Notes under the pieces: generated by a model
Databases searched by the model: none
Told to the model about the DNA's origin: nothing
The model's input: the letters and a program-made list of their open reading frames with translations, nothing else
Translations under genes and position numbers: made by a program
Part shown: positions 24,097 through 31,283 of the stretch, piece after piece
Layout: the number at the start of each line of letters is the position of its first letter
How positions within the stretch are numbered: position 1 is the stretch's first letter
Origin: Candidatus Nanogingivalaceae bacterium
GTDB lineage: Bacteria; Patescibacteriota; Saccharimonadia; Saccharimonadales; Saccharimonadaceae
Reading direction: 5' to 3'
Assembly (NCBI GenBank): GCA_015257795.3
Contig: CP072208.2
Location: forward strand, 150,001 to 182,000
Length of the DNA stretch: 32,000 bases

Positions 24097-25347
24097 ATGC
24101 GATTATCAAAACTATATACCAAAACTAGTAAAACCGTTCCATCTGGCGAAGAAGCTAAAAACGCACAACTTTTGATTAAAGCTGGATTTGTGCATAAAGA
24201 AATGGCGGGTGCTTATGATTATTTGCCGCTCGGTTTCAAAGTGTTAGAAAATATTAAAAAAATTGTACGTGAAGAGCTTGAAAAAATCGACGCTAATGAA
24301 ATTTTAATGACAACCCTTCAACGCCGTGAAGTTTGGGAGCGCACAACTCGCTGGAACGATGATGTTGTGGATGTTTGGTTTAAGACTGCGCTTAAAGATA
24401 AAACAGAAGTTGGTTTAGGTTGGAGTCATGAAGAGCCAATCGTTGAAATGCTTAAAAGTCATATTCAATCATATAAAGATTTGCCAGTTTCGGTTTTTCA
24501 ATTCCAAAATAAAATGCGAAACGAACTCCGTGCAAAAAGCGGAATTATGCGTGGTCGTGAATTTTTGATGAAAGATTTGTATTCAGTTCACGCCACAAAA
24601 GAGGATTTAGAAAACTATTATTCTAAAGTTTCGAAAGCGTATGAGCGAATTTTCGAACGTCTCGGTTTGGGTGAAGATACTTTCATAACTTTCGCTAGTG
24701 GTGGTGCGTTCACAAAATTTAGTCATGAATTCCAAACAATTTGTGATGCTGGTGAAGATTACGTTTATTTGAAGCGCGATGGTGAAAAAACTCTTGCTTT
24801 CAATGAAGAAATTTTAGACCAAGCGATTGAAGAAGGTGAAATTGATTCGAAAGATGGATTAGAGAAGGTTAAAACCGCTGAAGTTGGCAATATCTTTAAT
24901 TTCGGTACGCAAAAAACTGATGAAATGGGACTTTATTTTACTGATAAAAACGGTGAGCGAAAATCTGCTTGGATGGGTTCATACGGAATCGGAATTACTC
25001 GTGTAATGGGTGTGATTGCTGAAAAATTCAGTGATGAAAAAGGTTTGATTTGGCCAGAAAACGTTGCTCCAGCTAAAATTTACCTTGTGCAAATTGGTGA
25101 GAAATCACAAGAATTAGCAGAAGAAATTTATAATGAATTTTCGAAAAAGGGAATCGAAGTTTTGTTTGATGATCGCAATCTTCGCCCAGGTCAAAAATTT
25201 GCCGACGCCGAATTGATGGGAATTCCTTATCGACTTACAGTTTCTGATCGGCTGCTTGAAAGTGGTGAATTTGAAGTTGTAGAACGCTCAACTGGCGAAG
25301 TTCAAATGCTTTCAAAAGAAGAGCTTTTCGAAAAATTCTCAAAATAA
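24097..25347 (+). CDS. proS: Prolyl-tRNA synthetase, bacterial-like N-terminus but without the INS editing domain (416 aa)
   Basis: It has MRLSKLY..AKNAQLLIKAGFV..GAYDYLPLGFKVL, motif 2 RNELRAKSGIMRGREFLMKD, motif 3 GSYGIGITRVMG, and a C-terminal anticodon-binding domain. Only about 134 aa separate motifs 2 and 3. Confidence 0.92.
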   Translation: MRLSKLYTKTSKTVPSGEEAKNAQLLIKAGFVHKEMAGAYDYLPLGFKVLENIKKIVREELEKIDANEILMTTLQRREVWERTTRWNDDVVDVWFKTALKDKTEVGLGWSHEEPIVEMLKSHIQSYKDLPVSVFQFQNKMRNELRAKSGIMRGREFLMKDLYSVHATKEDLENYYSKVSKAYERIFERLGLGEDTFITFASGGAFTKFSHEFQTICDAGEDYVYLKRDGEKTLAFNEEILDQAIEEGEIDSKDGLEKVKTAEVGNIFNFGTQKTDEMGLYFTDKNGERKSAWMGSYGIGITRVMGVIAEKFSDEKGLIWPENVAPAKIYLVQIGEKSQELAEEIYNEFSKKGIEVLFDDRNLRPGQKFADAELMGIPYRLTVSDRLLESGEFEVVERSTGEVQMLSKEELFEKFSK

Positions 25348-25356
25348 TCAAAAATC

Positions 25357-25385
25357 TTGAAAAAACAAGGCTTAAGCATTATAAT
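25357..25385 (+). promoter_or_regulatory. Consensus promoter TTGAAA-17-TATAAT of ldhA, ATG 8 nt downstream
   Basis: The -35 is at 25357..25362, the -10 at 25380..25385, and the ATG at 25394. Confidence 0.55.
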
Positions 25386-25393
25386 TGGTATAT

Positions 25394-26383
25394 ATGAAAA
25401 TCATTGCTTATAGTGTACGAAAAGATGAGCTCCAGTATTTTGAAAAATTTGCGGAGCAATTTGGTATTGAATATGCCACAACTTCAAAAGATTTAAATGC
25501 TGAAACAGTAAAACTGGCCGAAGGTTTCGATGCGGTTTCTTCATATACTTCAAGTGAAGAACTGAACGATGTTTGGGAACCGCTTTCGAAAATGGGAATT
25601 TCTTATTTTACGGTTCGAACAGCTGGTTATGATGGTATAGATATCGAAAAGGCTAAAAGTTTTGGTATTAAAATTTCGAATGTTCCGCAATATTCGCCAA
25701 GTGCGATTGCTGAATTCGCGGTTGCGCTTGCACTTGCGACAATTCGAAATATTCCGCTTTGTCTTTCACGTGCAAAAAACCAGAATTTTTCGGTTGATAA
25801 TTTGATGGGTCGTGAGCTTAACACAATGACGATTGGAATTATCGGCACAGGCCACATCGGCTTAACAACAGCCAAGGTTTTTAAAGCTTTTGGTGCTAAA
25901 ATTATTGCATATGATACTTTCGAAAATCCGCAAGCGCAAAATATTTTAGAATACAAATCTCTTGATGAAGTTTTTGCGGAAAGTGATTTAATTTCGCTTC
26001 ACATTCCATTAACACCGCAAAACCACCATATCATTAACGCTGAGAGTATTGCTAAAATGAAAGACGGTGTGGTTATTGTGAACACTGCGCGTGGCGGTCA
26101 CATTAACACTGCGGATTTGCGCGATGCACTAGTTAGCGGAAAAGTTGCTGCAGCCGGCCTTGATGTTTTCGAAAATGAAAAACACCTTATTCGAAAAGAC
26201 TTAAGTGGAAGGATCATCAAAGATTCAGTTTATCGCGATTTGTCGAATTTTCCGAATGTTATCATCACGCCACACGTTGCGTTTAATACAGATGTTGCCG
26301 TTCAAAATATGGTCAAAATGTCGACAGAAAATCTAATTAGCTTTAAAAATGCAGGAACAACCGATAATGAAATCACAAAATAA
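25394..26383 (+). CDS. ldhA: D-lactate dehydrogenase (D-isomer-specific 2-hydroxyacid dehydrogenase)
   Basis: It has GIIGTGHIGL NAD-binding, NTARGG and TPHVAF motifs. Overall collinearity with fermentative LdhA is recalled from memory. Starting at the ATG at 25394 gives 329 aa. Confidence 0.85.
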   Translation: MKIIAYSVRKDELQYFEKFAEQFGIEYATTSKDLNAETVKLAEGFDAVSSYTSSEELNDVWEPLSKMGISYFTVRTAGYDGIDIEKAKSFGIKISNVPQYSPSAIAEFAVALALATIRNIPLCLSRAKNQNFSVDNLMGRELNTMTIGIIGTGHIGLTTAKVFKAFGAKIIAYDTFENPQAQNILEYKSLDEVFAESDLISLHIPLTPQNHHIINAESIAKMKDGVVIVNTARGGHINTADLRDALVSGKVAAAGLDVFENEKHLIRKDLSGRIIKDSVYRDLSNFPNVIITPHVAFNTDVAVQNMVKMSTENLISFKNAGTTDNEITK

Positions 26384-28262
26384 TCGTTTACAAAAAATTA
26401 CCAAAATTACGTCACTATTTTTAGTGGCGGTTTTGGCATTTAGTTTTGTCTCGGCGAGTTTTTCTCACCCAGCTTTTGCGCGTCGCCGCAGAAGAAATAG
26501 CGCAGCTGAGCGAAGAGAACTCGAAAGAAAGAATCAAAACATTAAATTTCCGAAGTTCGAGGGGACTTATAAATTTAGCGCCAACCAAAATGGTGATACC
26601 GACCTTGAAGTAACCGAACAGATTTCTGCAAGTTTCATTCTTGGTAATGTTAATCACGGAATTGAACGTGCTATTCCAAAATACTATAACGGTAAAACTG
26701 TTTTTGACGGTAAGGCTGATATCACAATGGACGGTATAAATGTGCCGTATAGTACAAGACCAAGCAATGGTAATGTTGTTTTTCGAATTGGCGATTCTAA
26801 CCAATATGTTTCCGGCCGACATAATTATCAAATAAAATACCATTTGAAAAATATTTTAAGAGCCGGGGAAGGCGAATTAAAGGATCGACAACTTCTAATC
26901 GTTAATGCAAATGGTTCGCAGTGGCAGCAGCAGTTTGGCGAAGTTTCTGGAAAAGTCATTCTTGATCAATCTGTTAAAAATGATTTTAAAGGGGTTGCGA
27001 AATGTTTTTCTGGTGCGTATGGGTCAGATACTCAATGTGAAAAATCGTCCCTAAACCAAGAAAATGGTGAATACACATTCTCTGAAAAGAATGTTTTAAG
27101 CAATCAAAGCGTAACATTCTTGATGGCTTTCAATAATAAATTTGCTCAGCCAACGCCTAATCCTTTAGATGTAACTACAATGATTGTAGCAATTGTTTCT
27201 ATGATCGCCGCACTAGTGATTGTGGCCTTAGCTATGATTGTTTTCTATAAGAAAAATGCAATTCGAAAGCGAAACTCACTTTCGAAAGAGGCTAAAACAG
27301 TTGTTCCGCAATATTTACCACCAAAAATCGGAGTATTAGATATCCTTGATGCGGGCAACTTAGTTAAATCTAATAAGAAAGTCACCGCTGCGATGCTATT
27401 TTTTGCAGTCAATGGTAACATTTTGATTGAGGAAGAAGAGAAGAAAAATCTTTTCGGTAAACACAAGATTTACAAGATAAAGCTATTAAATTACAGAGGT
27501 TTAAACTCAGATATGCGCGAGCTTTTGGAATGTTTCTTTATCGATGGAGAAGAAGTTAACCTTTCGAAAACTATGAGCTCTTCTATAGCATCGAGTATTT
27601 CTTCAAGAATCATAAATGACAGGTTTAAAGATACAGATTATTACGACCAAAGCGAGCCAGCTTTCAATAAAAGAATGCGCATCGTTGCTTATGTTATTGA
27701 CGCTTTGATTTTTGCATCGTTTTTCTTTAGCGATTCTACATTCTCGGCGCTTTCGACTGTTTCGAAGTGGCATCCGTATATCTTCCTTTCAACTTTGATT
27801 GCGGGCGTATTTTCGACATTAATTATAGTTGTTGTAAGTATTAAGATTCCATCTAGAAAAGGTTATGAAATGAAGAATTACCTTATGGGATTAAAGCTTT
27901 ATATTTCAGTTGCTGAAAGCGAACGGCTTAAATATCTCCAAAGCCTTGAAAAATCTGAACGCTTCAAAGATGAATTTGGTGGTTCACGAGTTAAACTTTA
28001 CGAAAAACTTTTACCTTGGGCTGCTTTGTTTGGTCTTGAAAAATCTTGGGCAAAGGTTCTTGAAGTTGAATTTGCGAACAATGACTATCAACCAAGCTGG
28101 TATTCTGGCGTGAATGCATTCAACGCAGCCGTTTTTGCAGATACGCTCAATAGCTTCAGCAGTGCCGTTAACAGCTATTCTGCGCCAAGCTCTGGTGGTG
28201 CCGGTGGCGGTGGCGGATTTTCTGGCGGCGGTGCCGGTGGCGGCGGTGGCGGTGGTTGGTAA
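26367..28262 (+). CDS. DUF2207-family membrane protein with C-terminal poly-Gly tail
   Basis: It has an N-terminal signal/anchor, an extracellular domain with NHGIERAIP, central TM helices, and the terminal SSGGAGGGGGFSGGGAGGGGGGGW typical of DUF2207. The start (26367, or 26349) overlaps the ldhA 3' end. Confidence 0.75.
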   Translation: MKSQNNRLQKITKITSLFLVAVLAFSFVSASFSHPAFARRRRRNSAAERRELERKNQNIKFPKFEGTYKFSANQNGDTDLEVTEQISASFILGNVNHGIERAIPKYYNGKTVFDGKADITMDGINVPYSTRPSNGNVVFRIGDSNQYVSGRHNYQIKYHLKNILRAGEGELKDRQLLIVNANGSQWQQQFGEVSGKVILDQSVKNDFKGVAKCFSGAYGSDTQCEKSSLNQENGEYTFSEKNVLSNQSVTFLMAFNNKFAQPTPNPLDVTTMIVAIVSMIAALVIVALAMIVFYKKNAIRKRNSLSKEAKTVVPQYLPPKIGVLDILDAGNLVKSNKKVTAAMLFFAVNGNILIEEEEKKNLFGKHKIYKIKLLNYRGLNSDMRELLECFFIDGEEVNLSKTMSSSIASSISSRIINDRFKDTDYYDQSEPAFNKRMRIVAYVIDALIFASFFFSDSTFSALSTVSKWHPYIFLSTLIAGVFSTLIIVVVSIKIPSRKGYEMKNYLMGLKLYISVAESERLKYLQSLEKSERFKDEFGGSRVKLYEKLLPWAALFGLEKSWAKVLEVEFANNDYQPSWYSGVNAFNAAVFADTLNSFSSAVNSYSAPSSGGAGGGGGFSGGGAGGGGGGGW

Positions 28263-28280
28263 ACCCCGCTAAATCCTATA

Positions 28281-28316
28281 AAAATAACCCAAACTTAACG
28301 GGTTATTTTTTATTTT
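28281..28316 (+). terminator. Intrinsic terminator
   Basis: A 10-bp stem AAAATAACCC / GGGTTATTTT is followed by TTATTTT. Confidence 0.7.
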
Positions 28317-28371
28317 AAAAAAGCATAATTGTATTGATTTTTTAACTTTTTTATGATTAAATATAAGCATT

Positions 28372-31188
28372 ATGAATAATTTTTGGGTTGGGTTTAAAAA
28401 CAAAAAAGGGATCTTTTTAGCTATTTTAGCTTTGTTTACGGTGGCGACATCTGTAGTAGATAATCGCCACCAGGCTTATGCTGATGATTATCAATATAGC
28501 CAAGAAGAGTGTGCAAAGGGAGGATTTAAATACGACGGCGTAGAACTATGGTCACATGCTGGTGCTGGATGTCTTGTTTATACCGCTGAAATTAAAAATG
28601 GTAAAGTATTGCGAACTGACCAGGTTCAGACTATTGGTGGTCCTAAAGATTTAGTTAGGCTTAAGCCTACTTATGTCCTTAAAGATGGAGGTACCTGTTT
28701 TAAAGGATATAAGAAAAAAAACTATGAGGGTATAAATGTTTGTGAAATAAGTGATAAGGATAGTAAATCTAAGGATGCAGGCTATCCTCCAGGATCTAGC
28801 TCTAAAAATACTCTAGATGCCAAGAGCTGTGAGAAAGCAGGGGGGTTTTATAATGCGGTTGGTGATAAAAAAAGGTGTTTTTTAAATAATTTAAAAGGTG
28901 AACTAGAATCGTTTAATAATATCTCGTCTTTTCCTAGTAAATATCTAACAAAAGAAGATTGCGCACCTGGATTTGTAAAAAGTAAAGATAAACAATCTAA
29001 AGATTTCACGGTGCCTCTTACTACGGATGGACCGGGTACTGTAAAGGATAAGAAGCCAACCCCCGTCTATACTTGTGCTAAAAAAGGCACCAAAGCTGGT
29101 GACAGTGTAGAAGAATGTAATAAAGAAGAAAACAAAGATAGTGAAAAATGTAAAAATAATCCAGCTGGTGAAGACGATGGTGATGGCTCTGATGACAAAA
29201 ACTCTTGTGCAATTGAATGGGTTGGTTGGATTATGTGTCCGATTATCAATGGTGCAAATGGTATGGTTGTTACTACTTATAGCATCATGCAGAAGCATTT
29301 TCTAAATATTAAGGCTGATGAAATCTTCCAACAAGACAAGCCGGCGTTCAAAACTTGGTCTAGTTTCCGTGATATTGCTAACGTATTTTTTGTAATAATA
29401 TTGTCTATTATTATCTTCTCGCAAGTTTCGGGTGTGGGTATTTCAAATTATGGCATCAAGAAGATGTTGCCAAAAATTATTGTCTTTGCGATTTTAGTTA
29501 ATATTTCATGGTATGTTTCTGTTTTGATGATTGATATCTCTAATATTGTAGGACATTCATTGTTTGAATGGCTTTCGAATGATGGTCAATGGGATTACTC
29601 GAGTGACTCTCAGACAGAGAATAACCCTATTAAGCAAATCTTGGGTGGTACTGCTGTTCTTGGTGTTGGTACTGCCGCAGGTGTTACAGGTGCTTTTGCT
29701 GCAGGGTCTTCAGCGTTGCTGTTTCTTATCTCGGCTGCACTTGCGTTGATTATGATGGTATTTATCTTGCTAATTCGACAGGCTGCTGTGATTGTGCTTG
29801 TAGTTATTTCACCAGTAGCTTTTGTTGCAGGTATTCTACCAAACACAGAAGGGTTCTTCAAAAAATGGATGAAGTTCCTTAAAAATATGTTAATGATTTA
29901 CCCAATTTGTTCGCTAATTGTGGGTGGTGCAATATTTGTTTCAAACTTGCTTTATAGTAATGAAAGTAATCCGCTATTGAAGGTTGCCTATGGTTTACTG
30001 CCAATCCTTTCATTGTTTACAATTGTTGCTATAATCAAGAGTGTGCTTTCAATCATTGACGGCTTAACGGGCGGTAATCTACGTGGAACTCTTGACCGAA
30101 TGTCTGGTAGAATAAATAATGGTATTAAAGAAAGTAGCCCTATACAGCATTGGAAAGATGCAGAAAATAGGCGTACTGTAGGTGATATTAGTTTTAGAGG
30201 GCATAAACTTGGTAATGTTATTAGTGACGATAATAAATTCGGCCGCTATGTTAAGGGGATGGGTCTAACTAGAGCTAGAAGGCAATATAATTATGAACAG
30301 AAAAGAGCTGCTCAGGAGTATGATAGGGATGGTGCGGCTATAGATAAGATTCTATCTAAAGAAAATCTAACACCAGAAGATTATCGAGAATTGGCGGCTA
30401 GATCAAATAGCAGGGCTGCATTCGAGAAGAGCCAGACTGAAGGTATGACAGCTGTAATAGCTAGAGCAATATCTGGTAATGTCAATAACCTCGGAGGGCA
30501 GTTAGATAAAATTGATAATGTATCTGATCCGAATCAGAAGGCGTTATTGTATGGTTCGGCTGCTCAAGCGGCTACAAAAGCTGGCTTAAGTGCTGCTGAT
30601 CAGGAAGTAGCCATGAATAATATTGTCAATAGAGCTTTGAGTATCAAAGACGATACTCAAAGACAAGCGGCAATGACACAGATTGCTTCAAGAGCTGGTT
30701 CTGATATGAAGAGCGCTAACCCAGCTGCAGCTAAGGCTGCTATGCAAGATGTTTCAAATTCTAATAACATCAAGAGTGTTTCCGATTTCGCAAAAGAGGC
30801 TTCGACCTATGCTGGTGCTAGCGCCCAACAAATGTCTAGTTGGTCAACAATGTCAAGTAATAATACAGCAGATAATAAGGTTGTTGGTGCTATTAAGGAA
30901 GCCTTTAAAAATGGTGATCAAGCACAAATTGCTCATGCACAGAATATAGGTAAGATTGCCGATCAAGCGCTTAAAGCGCATAACGAAGGTAAGATGTTCT
31001 TAACACCTGCGCAGGAAAGAAACTTTAAGGATGTATCGAATACTGTTAAAGTAAATACTCCTGCACCTGTAAGCTCACAAAATGTGCAGACAAGTGTAAA
31101 TTATAACACTCAGAGCCAATATACATATGGTGCTCCAGCGCCAACACCAAAATCGGTTGTAGGCCAGTATAAATCAAATAAACCATAG
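28372..31188 (+). CDS. Large secreted/polytopic membrane protein (938 aa): Cys-rich N-terminal ectodomain, ~7-8 TM core (VirB6/TrbL-like topology, tentative), A/Q/S/N-rich C-terminal domain
   Basis: It has a signal peptide (..HQAYA/DD) and 12 Cys within residues ~45-295. Dense TM helices span residues ~285-565 (e.g. RQAAVIVLVVISPVAFVAGIL), followed by a ~370-aa low-complexity hydrophilic tail. The confidence refers to the CDS being real; the VirB6-like call alone is about 0.3. Confidence 0.85.
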   Translation: MNNFWVGFKNKKGIFLAILALFTVATSVVDNRHQAYADDYQYSQEECAKGGFKYDGVELWSHAGAGCLVYTAEIKNGKVLRTDQVQTIGGPKDLVRLKPTYVLKDGGTCFKGYKKKNYEGINVCEISDKDSKSKDAGYPPGSSSKNTLDAKSCEKAGGFYNAVGDKKRCFLNNLKGELESFNNISSFPSKYLTKEDCAPGFVKSKDKQSKDFTVPLTTDGPGTVKDKKPTPVYTCAKKGTKAGDSVEECNKEENKDSEKCKNNPAGEDDGDGSDDKNSCAIEWVGWIMCPIINGANGMVVTTYSIMQKHFLNIKADEIFQQDKPAFKTWSSFRDIANVFFVIILSIIIFSQVSGVGISNYGIKKMLPKIIVFAILVNISWYVSVLMIDISNIVGHSLFEWLSNDGQWDYSSDSQTENNPIKQILGGTAVLGVGTAAGVTGAFAAGSSALLFLISAALALIMMVFILLIRQAAVIVLVVISPVAFVAGILPNTEGFFKKWMKFLKNMLMIYPICSLIVGGAIFVSNLLYSNESNPLLKVAYGLLPILSLFTIVAIIKSVLSIIDGLTGGNLRGTLDRMSGRINNGIKESSPIQHWKDAENRRTVGDISFRGHKLGNVISDDNKFGRYVKGMGLTRARRQYNYEQKRAAQEYDRDGAAIDKILSKENLTPEDYRELAARSNSRAAFEKSQTEGMTAVIARAISGNVNNLGGQLDKIDNVSDPNQKALLYGSAAQAATKAGLSAADQEVAMNNIVNRALSIKDDTQRQAAMTQIASRAGSDMKSANPAAAKAAMQDVSNSNNIKSVSDFAKEASTYAGASAQQMSSWSTMSSNNTADNKVVGAIKEAFKNGDQAQIAHAQNIGKIADQALKAHNEGKMFLTPAQERNFKDVSNTVKVNTPAPVSSQNVQTSVNYNTQSQYTYGAPAPTPKSVVGQYKSNKP

Positions 31189-31204
31189 CGTTCTAAATAA
31201 ATAA

Positions 31205-31232
31205 AAACGCCCCGCTTAAGGGGTGTTTTTTC
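31205..31232 (+). terminator. Intrinsic terminator
   Basis: The stem ACGCCCC / GGGGTGT has a 6-nt loop and is followed by TTTTTC. Confidence 0.7.
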
Positions 31233-31242
31233 TATGTAAGTG

Positions 31243-31251
31243 TGCTAAAAT
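31243..31251 (+). promoter_or_regulatory. Extended -10 TGcTAAAAT upstream of murD
   Basis: TAAAAT is at 31246..31251. An AAGGAGAG SD follows and the ATG is at 31284. Confidence 0.45.
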
Positions 31252-31283
31252 AAAGATAGAATTCAACCTAAAAAAGGAGAGAT

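Noticed and set aside
28188-28259. A GGT/GGC-rich tract as a non-coding microsatellite or Chi-like signal.
   Set aside because: It is in frame and encodes the poly-Gly tail characteristic of DUF2207 proteins. It contains no exact Chi (GCTGGTGG) site.
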